Notes: generated from the sequence alone by a model not told the origin. A stretch of 32,796 bases of DNA from an uncultured Planctomycetia bacterium (GCA_964581145.1 CAZONU010000005.1:1-32796); one strand, 5' to 3'. Numbered from the stretch's first letter, positions 1 to 9,636 are shown. Program-made: numbers and translations.

Positions 1-966
1 CACGTACAAGGCGCGGTCCCAGACCCGTGAATCGTGTCTTTCGCCGTTCCTGAGCACGGCGACCACAGCGGACGCGGCGGCCGGATTTCCTTGGCCCAGC
101 TTCGCCAGAGCATGGGCGGCCTCAACGCGGACCCGAGGTGCCTTGTCGCCAAGGAGTTTCTCAAGCGCGCGGATCGTGGCGGGCTGCTTCGCCTTGACCT
201 CGCCCAACGACCAAGCCGAGGTTGCTCGAACGCTAGCTGACTCGTCGGCCAGCGCTAAGGTCAGGGCCGGAGTCGCACCTTTGGCGACCGGGGCGAGTTT
301 ACCCAGCGTCCAGGCTGCCAGCTCGCGCGACTCCGGATTCTTGTGCTTGAGCGTGGTGATCAGCGCGGGGACCGCCGCCGCGGCCTGCGGCCCGAGCCAG
401 CTGATCGCATCCCCCGCGTCCTGCCGAATGTTGATGTCCTGGTCCGTGAGAGCCCGGGCAAGCTCGGGTACGCCCTCGTTCGCGTACCAGGTGTTGGCGA
501 GACGAAGAGCGGCGCGCCGTCGCACGGTCTGGTTTTCGTCCGCAAGCGCGGCCCTCAGCGCGCACAAGGCGACCTCTTGATCCTCTGAGCCCCACCCCCC
601 AAGGTTGTCGACGGCGGCGGCCCTGACTGCCGGGTCCTCGTCCCTGCTCGCCCTGACCAGCGCGTGGAGCGCCGGTGGCCCGCACTTCTGCAGCAACCTT
701 ATGACGCACAGCCTTTCGTTGACGGACTGGCCGGGTACGCGCAGGTAAAACGAGAGAGATCGAGCGGCCCGTTCTTCACCTCCCAGCCGCTGGACGGCGC
801 GCTTCTCGTCCAGCTCGTACGCCAGTTCGTCCGCGGCGAGTTCGCGTACCACGGCCTGGGTCTGGCGGAAGGCCATTGCTGTAGACGTGGCGAACCACGC
901 CAGCGCCAGCGCGGCGAACATCCCCGCGGTCCAGCCGATGATGGCCCGCCGGGAGGGAGAGCCCAT
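1..966 (-). CDS. HEAT-repeat protein with N-terminal membrane anchor; C-terminus lies beyond the window edge
   Basis: Not in the supplied ORF track because it has no stop inside the window. The reverse complement from ATG (964-966) is open to position 1 (322 codons). It reads MGSPSRRAIIGWTAGMFAALALAWFATST..., then HEAT-like units (DPAVRAAAVDNLG, NQTVRRRAALRLA, DINIRQDAGDAISWLGPQAAAAVPALI, PESRELAAWTLGKL, SASVRATSAWSLGEV, APRVRVEAAHALAKLG). Same architecture as the upstream paralog. Confidence 0.8.
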   Translation of the reverse strand, partial: MGSPSRRAIIGWTAGMFAALALAWFATSTAMAFRQTQAVVRELAADELAYELDEKRAVQRLGGEERAARSLSFYLRVPGQSVNERLCVIRLLQKCGPPALHALVRASRDEDPAVRAAAVDNLGGWGSEDQEVALCALRAALADENQTVRRRAALRLANTWYANEGVPELARALTDQDINIRQDAGDAISWLGPQAAAAVPALITTLKHKNPESRELAAWTLGKLAPVAKGATPALTLALADESASVRATSAWSLGEVKAKQPATIRALEKLLGDKAPRVRVEAAHALAKLGQGNPAAASAVVAVLRNGERHDSRVWDRALYV

Positions 967-1086
967 TTCGGATTTCGGACTTGGGATTTCGGAGCCGCTC
1001 AAGCGCCCGCCCCCCTCATTCCGCAATCCTTGGCCGCCGTAGCTCGTCGGAGCGAAGGAGGCCGCAATCCCCAATCCGCAATCGGG
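967..1086. repeat. Heptanucleotide-periodic inverted repeat (long imperfect hairpin) filling the spacer between the two HEAT genes
   Basis: Arms at 971-992 (gatttcggacttgggatttcgg) and 1062-1083 (ccgcaatccccaatccgcaatc). By hand they give 18 Watson-Crick pairs and 1 G-U out of 22, with mismatches every 7 nt. An extra partial unit (tccgcaatcc) lies at 1020-1029. Confidence 0.7.
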
Positions 1087-1090
1087 TCGC

Positions 1091-2056
1091 TCACTTCTCG
1101 CCCTTCACTGCGACCTTGATTCTTTCCAGCGCCTCGCGGGCGGCCTGGCGGACACTCTCCTCCTTGTCCTTCAGGGCCTTCTCCAGCACCGGCCGGGCGG
1201 CGGGACCTATCCTGCGCAGCGCCCAGACCGCCGAGCGGCGAACCCCGGGCCTGGAATCGCCCAGTATCCCGGCCAGCGCGGGGACCGCCTGCTCCGCGCC
1301 GGGGCCCAGCCGCAGCCAGTTGAAGGCGAAGACCGCCTCGGCCCGGACTATTTCTTCCTTGTCGGCCAGCGCCCGGATGACCGCCGGCGCTGCCGCCTTG
1401 GCCTTGGGTCCGATGCCGGCGAGGCCCGTAGCGGCGCAGGCGCGCACCACCGGATTCCGGTGGCCCAGAGCTTTGGCGAGTCCGGGAGCCGCTGCGGGGC
1501 CGATGCTGCTCATCGCCCAAGTATGGCTCTCGATCAGCATGAGCTTTTCCCACTTCATCTTGTCGGCGTTGCGGAGGTCGATCTCCGCCCGGTCCAGGGA
1601 CTCGATCAGCGCGGGCAGGGCGGAGCTCGCCCCGGGGCCGATGCAGCCCAGCGCGGCGGCGGCGCTGGTGCGCAGCGGCGGTTCCTCTTCCCGCAGGGTC
1701 CGGGCCAGCACCGGGACCGCCGGCGGGCCGCAGTCGGCCAGCAGGCTGACCGCGTCGCGCCGGGCGGTCGTCGCCCAGCGCGGCAGGCGGAGGTAGAAGG
1801 CGATCTTGGGGACGGCTTCCTCCAGGCCGCCCAGCCGCTCCAGGGCTCTTTCCACCGGAGCCGCCCCGGTCAGCATGTTCCACTTGTAGGCGCGCGAGCA
1901 TGATCGAAGCTCGCCGAGCGCCCAACGTACTTGCAGACAGGGTGCGACCACGAACCAGGATAGCAGCCTCAGAGCCAGCAGCAAGGAGAGCGCGACGCCC
2001 CACAGGACGTAAATGCGCCGGGAACGGCTTCTCTGTACCCGCTCATTCTCGCCCAT
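1091..2056 (-). CDS. HEAT-repeat protein with N-terminal membrane anchor (paralog of 1-966)
   Basis: ORF track gives 1091-2128. My preferred start is ATG 2056 (MGENERVQRSRSRRIYVLWGVALSLLLALRLL), giving a short tail plus TM helix like the paralog. HEAT units are present: PVVRACAATGLAGIGPKAKAAAPAVIRAL, PGVRRSAVWALRRIGPAARPVLEKAL, ESVRQAAREALERI. The alternative start is 2128. Confidence 0.85.
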   Translation of the reverse strand: MGENERVQRSRSRRIYVLWGVALSLLLALRLLSWFVVAPCLQVRWALGELRSCSRAYKWNMLTGAAPVERALERLGGLEEAVPKIAFYLRLPRWATTARRDAVSLLADCGPPAVPVLARTLREEEPPLRTSAAAALGCIGPGASSALPALIESLDRAEIDLRNADKMKWEKLMLIESHTWAMSSIGPAAAPGLAKALGHRNPVVRACAATGLAGIGPKAKAAAPAVIRALADKEEIVRAEAVFAFNWLRLGPGAEQAVPALAGILGDSRPGVRRSAVWALRRIGPAARPVLEKALKDKEESVRQAAREALERIKVAVKGEK

Positions 2057-2104
2057 ATATATGGTAACGCGGGAAACCGCCCGGGGTTCACTGGGGCCGG
2101 GCGC

Positions 2105-2133
2105 TTGCCGCCCCCGCCGCGGCGGCATACAAT
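2105..2133 (+). promoter_or_regulatory. Candidate sigma70-type promoter for 2170-4836
   Basis: TTGCCG (2105-2110), a 17-nt spacer, then TACAAT (2128-2133). AGGAGG lies at 2151-2156 downstream. Confidence 0.4.
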
Positions 2134-2169
2134 GCGAGACGGGCGCAAGGAGGCCGGGGCTCGCAGAGC

Positions 2170-4836
2170 ATGGCGGTTCTCAGCAGAAGGACAAGGTTCC
2201 TGGGGGTGGCAGTCCTGGTCACCGCCGCGGCCGGCGGAGCGCTGCTGTGGACCCGGACCCGGGGCCGCCGGGCGCCACCCGCGCCCCCGCCCCCCGGCCG
2301 GGAGAAAGGGCGCACGGTCCTGGGGCTGGGCAGCTGCTGGCGGGGCCTGGCCGTGACCCGGGAAATGGTCGTGCCCCTCGATCTCCTCAGGGAAGTGAAG
2401 CCCGGCGCCGCCGGACCCCGCTCGCTCATGGAGGCCTTCGGCGGGCCGCTGAGGGCCGTTCCCCCGCCCCGGGGCTGGACCGCCGTGGACTTCGACGACT
2501 CCGACTGGGCCCGCTCGCCCGGGCCCTTCAGGGGCGGGATACTGTTCACCTCCGCGGGGCGCTACCAGTTCTACCTGGACGTGTCCGGCCTGCTCTGCCT
2601 GCGCGGCAAGTTCAGAGTGGAGAACCCCGCCGCGGTCCGCAAGCTGACCCTGAGCCTGGAGTACCGCGGCGGCGTGGTCGCCTGCCTCAACGGCCGGGAG
2701 GTGCTCCGCCGGCACCTGCCCGGGGGGAAGATCGAGGCCGGCACCCCCGGGGCCGCCTATCCCCGGGAGGCCTACGCCCGCCCGGCGGGGAGCGCGCGCG
2801 ACCGCAGGGCCGGTCCCCGAGAGCTGCCCGCCGGGCTGCTGCGCAGGGGCATCAACGTGCTGGCCCTCGAGCTGCACCGCAGCGACTTCCGCCCGGAGGC
2901 GCTCAAGTGGAAGCGCTGGTACGCGGGCTACCGCGACGGCTGGCCCCACGTGGGGCTGAGCTCCCTGCGGCTGGCCGCGGAGAGCGCCCCGGGCGCGATC
3001 GTTCCCAACCTCTCCCGGCCCGCGGGGGTCCGGGTCTGGAACCAGGACGTGCACCGCGTCTTCTCCGCCGCCGAGTACGGCGACCCCTGTGAGCGGCTCC
3101 GGCCGGTGCGTCTGGTCGGCGCGCGGGGCGGCAGCTACTCCGGGCAGGTGGTGGTGGGCAGCACCTCGAAGCTGGCCGGGCTCAAGGCCGCGGCGGGCGG
3201 CCTCGTCCGGGCCGGGGGCGGCGGGGAGATTCCCGCCGCGGCGGTGCGCGTCCGCTACCCGCGTCTCTCGCGCTGCGGCATGTCCGCCGCGCGCCCCGGC
3301 CTGAGCCGCGGGGGGCAGAAGGAGTTGCGGGCCTTCTCGGCGCTGGAGGCCGCGCCGCCCGCCGGCGCCGAGCCGCTGGCCTTCGAGACCGATCCCGGCG
3401 CGCGGGCCCGTCTGGACCTGCCGGCCGAAGCCGTCCCCGGCGCGGTCCAGCCCGTGTGGGTGACCGTCGCCGTCCCGCGGGGAATCCCCGCCGGGAAGTA
3501 CGCCGGGACGCTGCGCGTCTCGGCGGGGGGCCGGCCCCTCTGCGCGGTGCCCCTGGAGCTGGAGGTCGTCGACTGGACGCTGCCCCCCGCGCGGGACTTC
3601 GGCACCTTCATGGGCGTCTACCAGTCGCCGGAGTCGCTCGCCGTCCAATATGGTGTGCCCTTGTGGTCGGAGAAGCACTGGAAGCTGGTGGAGGAGTCCC
3701 TGCGCCTCGCCGGACAGCTGGGCAACGGGCTGGTGGTGGTGCCCCTGCTAAACCGCACCCAGTTCGGCAACGACCGGAGCATGGTCGCCTGGGTCGCGCG
3801 CAAGGACGGGAGCTACGCCTACGACTGGCAGATACACGACCGCTACCTGGCGCTGGCCGCCAAGCACGGCCGGCCCCGGGTGATCTCCTACCAGGTCTGG
3901 AGTCCGGCGGCGGTGTGGCAGGCCGCGCCGGAGGCGGCGCCCCGGTTCGTCACCGTCATCGACGGGGCCACCGGCAGGCGCGGGGCGCTGAAGCTGCCGC
4001 GCTGCGGGACCCGGGCCGCGAAGAGGCTCTGGACGCCGCTGCTGCGCGAAGTCGAGGCGCGCCTGAAGAAGCTGGGGCTGGAGGACGCCCTGGTCCTGGG
4101 CATCCACAGCGACGCGGCGGTGCCCGACGCCGTGGCCGCGACCTTCCGGGGCGTCTTTCCCCGGGCCGGCTGGCATCGCGTGTCCCACCCGGCGGGCCCA
4201 ACGAGCTGGTCGACCAGGGTCGGGGGCGCGCGTGTCTCCTGCGCCTACGCCTACCGGGAGTACCTGCTGACGCCCCGCACCGTGCCCCCGCCGGGCGGGA
4301 AGCGCCGACCGGTCCCCGCCGGGAAGCGCCTGCTGGCCATGAGCCAGCGGACCTGGCTCGACCTCCAGCAGCCCCTGAGGGTCAGGACCATGCCTGAGCG
4401 GGCGCTGCTGGTCGGCGCCAGCGGCGTCGGCAGGCTGGGCATCGACTACTGGCCGGTGGCGGGCAGCACGGCCTCCACCCGGTCGCTGTTCGCCCGCTGG
4501 CCGGACTCGGACGTGGGCCAGACCTGCCCGCGGATTCCCTTCCTGGCCGCCCCCGGGCGCGACGGGCCGGTGGCCACGGTCAGGCTGGAGGCCCTGCGCG
4601 AGGGGCTGCAGGAGGCCGAAGCCCGCATCTTCATCGAGAAGGCCCTGGCCGCGGGGAAGCTCGACGGCGCGCTGGCCCGCAAGTGCCGCGCCCTCCTCGA
4701 CCGGCGGGTGACCCTGTGCAGGATAAAGCACGAGGACCGCTCGCCGACCAGATTCACCTTCGGCCGCGGCTGGCGGGAGCGCTCGGCCGGGCTCTACCGG
4801 CTGGCCGCGGAGGTGGCTGCCGCGCTGCGGGACTAG
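2170..4836 (+). CDS. Large membrane-anchored hypothetical protein, possibly glycosidase-related
   Basis: 888-aa ORF with an N-terminal hydrophobic anchor (FLGVAVLVTAAAGGALLW) and consistent GC3 bias. WTAVDFDDSDWARSPGPF resembles the opening motif of galactose-binding-like domains of glycosidases. The remainder is unrecognised; it could be DUF4091/GH123-like, which I cannot verify here. Confidence 0.7.
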   Translation: MAVLSRRTRFLGVAVLVTAAAGGALLWTRTRGRRAPPAPPPPGREKGRTVLGLGSCWRGLAVTREMVVPLDLLREVKPGAAGPRSLMEAFGGPLRAVPPPRGWTAVDFDDSDWARSPGPFRGGILFTSAGRYQFYLDVSGLLCLRGKFRVENPAAVRKLTLSLEYRGGVVACLNGREVLRRHLPGGKIEAGTPGAAYPREAYARPAGSARDRRAGPRELPAGLLRRGINVLALELHRSDFRPEALKWKRWYAGYRDGWPHVGLSSLRLAAESAPGAIVPNLSRPAGVRVWNQDVHRVFSAAEYGDPCERLRPVRLVGARGGSYSGQVVVGSTSKLAGLKAAAGGLVRAGGGGEIPAAAVRVRYPRLSRCGMSAARPGLSRGGQKELRAFSALEAAPPAGAEPLAFETDPGARARLDLPAEAVPGAVQPVWVTVAVPRGIPAGKYAGTLRVSAGGRPLCAVPLELEVVDWTLPPARDFGTFMGVYQSPESLAVQYGVPLWSEKHWKLVEESLRLAGQLGNGLVVVPLLNRTQFGNDRSMVAWVARKDGSYAYDWQIHDRYLALAAKHGRPRVISYQVWSPAAVWQAAPEAAPRFVTVIDGATGRRGALKLPRCGTRAAKRLWTPLLREVEARLKKLGLEDALVLGIHSDAAVPDAVAATFRGVFPRAGWHRVSHPAGPTSWSTRVGGARVSCAYAYREYLLTPRTVPPPGGKRRPVPAGKRLLAMSQRTWLDLQQPLRVRTMPERALLVGASGVGRLGIDYWPVAGSTASTRSLFARWPDSDVGQTCPRIPFLAAPGRDGPVATVRLEALREGLQEAEARIFIEKALAAGKLDGALARKCRALLDRRVTLCRIKHEDRSPTRFTFGRGWRERSAGLYRLAAEVAAALRD

Positions 4837-4851
4837 CGCCGTCAGCCCTTC

Positions 4852-7449
4852 CTATCGCTTCACCTGATAGTAGTAAGACCGGTGGGTGCCGTCGATGGTG
4901 AAGGAATTGCCCTCGACCTTGACCTTCCGCCCGGTGGGCACGCCGAAGAAGTCCAGGACGTTGACATCCCCGGGCGCCGCGCCCTTGAGGGTTATCTTCG
5001 CCCGGACCGGCTCCATCAGCAGCGGCGGGCCGCCGACGGCCTTGAGCGTCTTGCCCTCCGGGCCGTAGACCGTGCCGGTCTGCCTGTCCCGGGCCATGGC
5101 GGTAATCAGAACGTGCCTGCTTTTCGCGAGCTCAACGTCGTCCAGAGGCGTGAGGATGATGGAAACGAACTTCGTCTTGATCTCGACGCTCGCGCCCGGC
5201 AGGTCGAACTTCCTGCCTCCCGCGAAACCGATCACCGCCTGTGTCTTGGGACCGCGCAGGGTGACAACACGTGTTTTCATATCCCAGACCAGCTCCCCGG
5301 TCATGGAGCGGACGACGCCCTTCTCCTTGTCCCAGTATTTGGACCAGTCCGCGCGCGCGGGCGCCTTGCCGCCAAAAGAGACCGTGACCCGCCCGATGGC
5401 CAGCACTTCGGGAGGCGTCTCCAGCGTGCCCTTGAGCGTCTTGTGGTCCCAGCCCCCGCCGGTGAAGTCCTGCTTGAGGGGGTCCAGGCCGGTGAAGAGG
5501 CTTTCCACCTTCAGCCGCCGCGCGGCGGCGGGCGGCGCCTGTTTCACGTGGCCCTTGTGAATCGCGAAGGCCAGCGCGGGGAACTGCCCGATGTAGTGCG
5601 GGGTGTCCGTCGAGTAGCTGCGGTTGCCCGGCCAGCCGTCGCCCATGCGCGGGTGGCTGTTGAGGAAGTGGTAGCTGGCGTCCCAGCCCTGCAACCCCAT
5701 CCCGTAAAAGGCGAAAAGAGGCGCGATCTCCGCTTTCCATTGATTGGGCGGCGACTGGGTCCACTCGGTCATGGCGAAGGGCCGGCTTTCGACTTGATAC
5801 AGCCCGCTGGACAGTATCCCCGAGCCCGCGCGGGCCAGGTGGGTCGCGCCCCGGAGCTTCCCGACCGCGACGTTGTGGCGCCCGGCGCCCCCGCCGAAGT
5901 AGTTGTGGCGGTCGATCATGTCCGCGGCCGCGTCGCAGTACAGATTGGCCGCGCCGGCCGCGGGGCCGCCGGCCCGCCACGCTGTCGTGACCGTGACGCC
6001 CCTGAAGCCCAGCGCGCGGTACTCCTTTTCGCGACGTTGAAAGAAGCCGCGCTGGGTATCGGTCAGGAAACGAACAAAGTCGCCCATGCGCCGGTCGCGC
6101 CTCCCGCCCTTCATCTGCCAGGCGCCGTAGACGCCGAGCTCGCCGCCGGCCAGCGAGTCGCGCGTGCCCCAGGCCTTGCGGAGCGCGGCGTCAGAGCCGT
6201 ATTTCTTTTTCGCCCAGGCGCAGAACATCTTGCGCAGCACCGCGGCGTGCCGGGGTTTCTTGGGCCTGGGGCCCGAAAGCAGATTGAGCGGGTTGTGGAA
6301 GAAGACGCAGTCCTCGTTGTGGACCTCCAGCACGGCCAGCGCGGGGTCGTCCCTGTAAGCCAGACCGGTGTAGGGGTTCTTGTGCGCGAGGAGCTCTTTG
6401 ACGTAAGCCAGCTGCAAATCCTGTAACAGACGCGAGAAGTTGACCATCCCGTAAGTGCGGCCCCCCTCCAGCTCCGCGAAGAGCTCCGGCGGGTAGCCGT
6501 CGCCCTTGGAGACTATCAGTGGATAAAAGACCGACCACGTTGAGTAAACCCCGTGCTTCTTGAGCTCGGCGAACCACCAGTCCAGGGCGTCGAGCTTCTT
6601 CGCGTCAAGCTTCCCGCCGCGCATCGGCCCCAGGAAGCCGAAGACGGGGTGCTGGCGGATCATGTTAACGCCGTGCTTGGCCATGAACCTCACGCGCTGC
6701 GTCTGCGCCGCGCGGCTGAGCTTGTCGTCCACATTGGCCCCGCAGCCCCAGAACTTGACGCGCCCGGCGGCCTTCTCGAACCTGAGGCCGTCTTTGTCAC
6801 GTTTCAAGAACCCCAGCTTCCCGGCGGGCCTGTGCAGCAGGCCGGACATGTCTATCACCGACTCCTTGGAAAAAGCATCGTCGTCGAGCACCACCGGGAA
6901 CCAGTCCGCGGGCCCCGCGGGCCCCGGCTTGCCGGGCCTGCTCGCGCCGGAGGGCACGAAGGGGAAGTCCACCAGGCAGACCGCGTCGATGCCCCCGTGG
7001 TTGGCGAGCTTGCTCGTGATCCTGAACTCCAGGGAGTGCTTCCCGGCGGCCAGCTTCAGCTTGGCCACCTTGACCCAGCCCAGGAAGCGGTGGTCGGGCC
7101 GCGGGGAGATCATCAGCTTGTCGCGCGCGGCGGATAGGTCCACCGCCCCCCACTTGCCGCCGGCCTTTCTCCATTCCATCCTGGCGCGGAAGTAGTTGCA
7201 GCGCAGCCATAACGTGTAATCGCCGGCGGCCTTGACCGCGAAGTCGTAGCGGGCCTGGCCGGCGCGGGCCTTGTCGTAGTGGCTGAGCCAGTCGCCGCCG
7301 GACATGACCTTCTTGTTGACCCGGTCGTACCAGCCGTGCTTGCGGAAGCTGCTTTTGGCTGGCTTCTCGCCCTCGATCCACACCGACTCGGCGGGCGCCG
7401 CCGACGCGGCCAGGGCGGCCAGGACGCAGGCCGAGAGGCGGGCTCTCAT
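4852..7449 (-). CDS. Secreted glycoside hydrolase, clan GH-A (beta/alpha)8 type, with N-terminal CBM-like domain
   Basis: 865-aa ORF with signal peptide MRARLSACVLAALAASAAPA and GGAGGGAAG just upstream of the ATG. HGVNMIRQH, LEVHNEDCVFF (Asn-Glu acid/base) and FAMTEW (nucleophile Glu) fit clan GH-A. The family number is not assignable by eye. Confidence 0.8.
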   Translation of the reverse strand: MRARLSACVLAALAASAAPAESVWIEGEKPAKSSFRKHGWYDRVNKKVMSGGDWLSHYDKARAGQARYDFAVKAAGDYTLWLRCNYFRARMEWRKAGGKWGAVDLSAARDKLMISPRPDHRFLGWVKVAKLKLAAGKHSLEFRITSKLANHGGIDAVCLVDFPFVPSGASRPGKPGPAGPADWFPVVLDDDAFSKESVIDMSGLLHRPAGKLGFLKRDKDGLRFEKAAGRVKFWGCGANVDDKLSRAAQTQRVRFMAKHGVNMIRQHPVFGFLGPMRGGKLDAKKLDALDWWFAELKKHGVYSTWSVFYPLIVSKGDGYPPELFAELEGGRTYGMVNFSRLLQDLQLAYVKELLAHKNPYTGLAYRDDPALAVLEVHNEDCVFFHNPLNLLSGPRPKKPRHAAVLRKMFCAWAKKKYGSDAALRKAWGTRDSLAGGELGVYGAWQMKGGRRDRRMGDFVRFLTDTQRGFFQRREKEYRALGFRGVTVTTAWRAGGPAAGAANLYCDAAADMIDRHNYFGGGAGRHNVAVGKLRGATHLARAGSGILSSGLYQVESRPFAMTEWTQSPPNQWKAEIAPLFAFYGMGLQGWDASYHFLNSHPRMGDGWPGNRSYSTDTPHYIGQFPALAFAIHKGHVKQAPPAAARRLKVESLFTGLDPLKQDFTGGGWDHKTLKGTLETPPEVLAIGRVTVSFGGKAPARADWSKYWDKEKGVVRSMTGELVWDMKTRVVTLRGPKTQAVIGFAGGRKFDLPGASVEIKTKFVSIILTPLDDVELAKSRHVLITAMARDRQTGTVYGPEGKTLKAVGGPPLLMEPVRAKITLKGAAPGDVNVLDFFGVPTGRKVKVEGNSFTIDGTHRSYYYQVKR

Positions 7450-7474
7450 GGCGCTTCCCTCCCGGAGGACGAGT

Positions 7475-7828
7475 TCAGCCGCGCCGCGCGGCGCGGGCCA
7501 GGAGCGGCGCTGCGGTCTCCACCACCTTGGCCAGTGCGTAGATCAGAACGGCGATGACAATCTGCACCACGCCGCTGAAGACAATGAGCGCCACGAGCGG
7601 CGTGAGGGCGCTCACGGAAGCGACTGCCACGGCGATGCCCAGCACGGCCAGCAGGACCAGCCCCCCGCCCAGCATCTGGAGCATGCGCACCAGGCGCGCG
7701 GCCGACTCCAGGAACTCCGGGACCTGCTCGTCGACCGGCCGGCCGTAAGGGTTGGTCACCCAGGCGGGCCTCTCACCGGCCTTCCGGGGCGGGGGCTTCT
7801 TCTCGTCGTTGTTCGCTTCCGGCGTCAT
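7475..7828 (-). CDS. Small integral membrane protein, unknown function
   Basis: 117 aa. A GGAGG RBS lies 7 nt upstream of ATG 7828. Two or three hydrophobic helices are visible (GGGLVLLAVLGIAVAVASV, LVALIVFSGVVQIVIAVLIYALA). Confidence 0.7.
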   Translation of the reverse strand: MTPEANNDEKKPPPRKAGERPAWVTNPYGRPVDEQVPEFLESAARLVRMLQMLGGGLVLLAVLGIAVAVASVSALTPLVALIVFSGVVQIVIAVLIYALAKVVETAAPLLARAARRG

Positions 7829-8001
7829 GGCGCGGCCTCCTCTTTCAATGATCGGGCGCGCGCCAGCATATCCGCGGCGCGCGGGGGAATCAACACTCGG
7901 GCGGCGGGGTCGCGCGTTACAGAACCCGGCCGGGTTTGTAATGGCAGGGGCCTCCCCCGCCGGCTAGAATGCCGCCGGGATTCACCGAAAGGAGAGACGC
8001 C

Positions 8002-9618
8002 ATGGTCCGCAGTATCGCGAGAGTCGCCGCCGCCGCGCTGGTCCTGGCCGCCGGCTGCCAGAAGGTCCGCGACGAGTACACCCTCAACCCCGACGGCTCC
8101 GGCAAGGTGGCCGTGCGCCGCCTGGCGCCGGCCCAACCTAACTTGACGGGCGGCGGGGAGCTCGACCCGCAGGCCGAGTCGGCCAAGGCCGCCAGGAAGC
8201 TCGTCGAGGGCAGCAAGGGCGTCGAGGCCTGGAAGGACCTGACCTGGAAGGTGGCCGCCGACGGCCGCATCTTGCTGGTCGGCACCGCCTACTTCAAGAA
8301 CGTCGCCGGGCTCAAGCTGGAGGGCTGGCGGGTGCAAGTCGCCAGGACCCCCGCGGGCGGGCTGGTCCTGGGCTTCGTCAAGTCCGGGAAGAAGGCCGCC
8401 AAGGCCCCGCCCCGCAAGCTGGCCGGCAAGGACCTTGAGCGCCGCGTACTCCAGGAAAAGATGAAGTGGCAGCAGGGCCGCGGCATGATGGTCGCGATGC
8501 TCTCTGGCCTGGAGTTCGAGACCGTGGTGCACCTGCCCGGGAAGGTCGGGGAGGCCTCCTGCTTCAAGAAGCTGCCCGACGGCAAGTCGGTGCGCCTCGT
8601 CCTCAAGGGCGACGACTTCCTGAAGCTCATGGACCAGCAGGCCGCCCGGGAGGAGTTCTGGAAGAAGCAGGCCACCGAGGGCCGCGGCCGGCTGGACGAG
8701 ATGGAAGTGCCCGAGGTCATGGAGAAGCTCTTCGGCAGCAGGGAGCCCCCCCGGGCGGTGGTCGAGAAGGTCGGGAAGCCGCTGTTCGACTACGCCAAGG
8801 AGGTCGCCGCGGCCCGGGCCGCGGACGCGGCGCTCAGGAAGAAGCTGGGCGCCGGCGCGGGAGGGGGCGCGCCGGCCGGTCCCGGGCCCTCAGTCGCGGC
8901 CCCCAAGGCCGGGGCGGGCTTCAAGAAGCTGTGGGTCAAGCAGGTCCAGCACCAGCCCGAGCTGGACCTCCCCAAGGACCGCGGCCTCTTCCCGGCGCGG
9001 GCCGGCTGCCAGGTCCAGCTTATCGGCGAGCTGCCCGGCCCGGTGCTGAAGGTCGAGAACGGCGCGGTCGAGCGCGCGGTGGCCGACACCGGGGCGGACC
9101 TCCTGCCCGCGACGGAGTTCCAGCGCAAGACCCAGGGCGCCTACCTCACCGGCAAGAACAAGGGCTTCGCGCAGTTCACCGTAGGGCTGGCCCCCCTGCC
9201 CGCCGGGGCCAGGGGTCTCAAAGAAATCTCCGGCCACATTACTTACGTGGTGGGCACCGGCAGCAAGCAGGTGGATCTCGGCGAGATAGAGATCAAAAAG
9301 GGCGCGGAGGGCAAGGCCCTGGGCGCCAAGGTCCGCTCGATCAACCCGGGCTTCAAGAGCTTCGATCTGCAATTGAAAGTCGACTCGCCGAGCGCCGTCA
9401 GGAGCTTCAAGTTCGCCGGCGCGGACGGCAAGCAGCTGGATGTTAACAGATCGGGATACCGCGGATGGAAGGGGAAGTACACCTTCAGCTTCCGCTGCAA
9501 GGCGGCGCCGCCCGCCAAGGCCAAGGTGACCGTGGAGCTCTACGAGAAGACCGAGAAGCGCAAGCTGCCCTTCAGCATCAGGAACCTCTCGCTGCGCGGG
9601 GAACCGCTGGCAAAGTGA
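8002..9618 (+). CDS. Lipoprotein, unknown function
   Basis: The start is moved to ATG 8002, which is preceded by aaaggagag. MVRSIARVAAAALVLAAGC is a lipobox-type signal. The ORF track extends it to 7969. Confidence 0.8.
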   Translation: MVRSIARVAAAALVLAAGCQKVRDEYTLNPDGSGKVAVRRLAPAQPNLTGGGELDPQAESAKAARKLVEGSKGVEAWKDLTWKVAADGRILLVGTAYFKNVAGLKLEGWRVQVARTPAGGLVLGFVKSGKKAAKAPPRKLAGKDLERRVLQEKMKWQQGRGMMVAMLSGLEFETVVHLPGKVGEASCFKKLPDGKSVRLVLKGDDFLKLMDQQAAREEFWKKQATEGRGRLDEMEVPEVMEKLFGSREPPRAVVEKVGKPLFDYAKEVAAARAADAALRKKLGAGAGGGAPAGPGPSVAAPKAGAGFKKLWVKQVQHQPELDLPKDRGLFPARAGCQVQLIGELPGPVLKVENGAVERAVADTGADLLPATEFQRKTQGAYLTGKNKGFAQFTVGLAPLPAGARGLKEISGHITYVVGTGSKQVDLGEIEIKKGAEGKALGAKVRSINPGFKSFDLQLKVDSPSAVRSFKFAGADGKQLDVNRSGYRGWKGKYTFSFRCKAAPPAKAKVTVELYEKTEKRKLPFSIRNLSLRGEPLAK

Positions 9619-9636
9619 GCCGGCGTTCCCGCCCGG

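Noticed and set aside
1969-4731. Shadow ORFs over gene 2170-4836 (1969-3678 -, 2013-3092 +, 3456-4397 +, 3748-4731 -, others)
   Set aside because: They have low-complexity R/P/G/A composition and overlap a long ORF with an anchor helix and normal composition. This is typical of high-GC six-frame noise.
4882-7381. Shadow ORFs over the glycosidase gene (4882-6426 +, 5132-5980 -, 6553-7195 +, 6797-7381 -)
   Set aside because: Same reasoning. The minus-frame 865-aa ORF has a signal peptide, an RBS and catalytic motifs.
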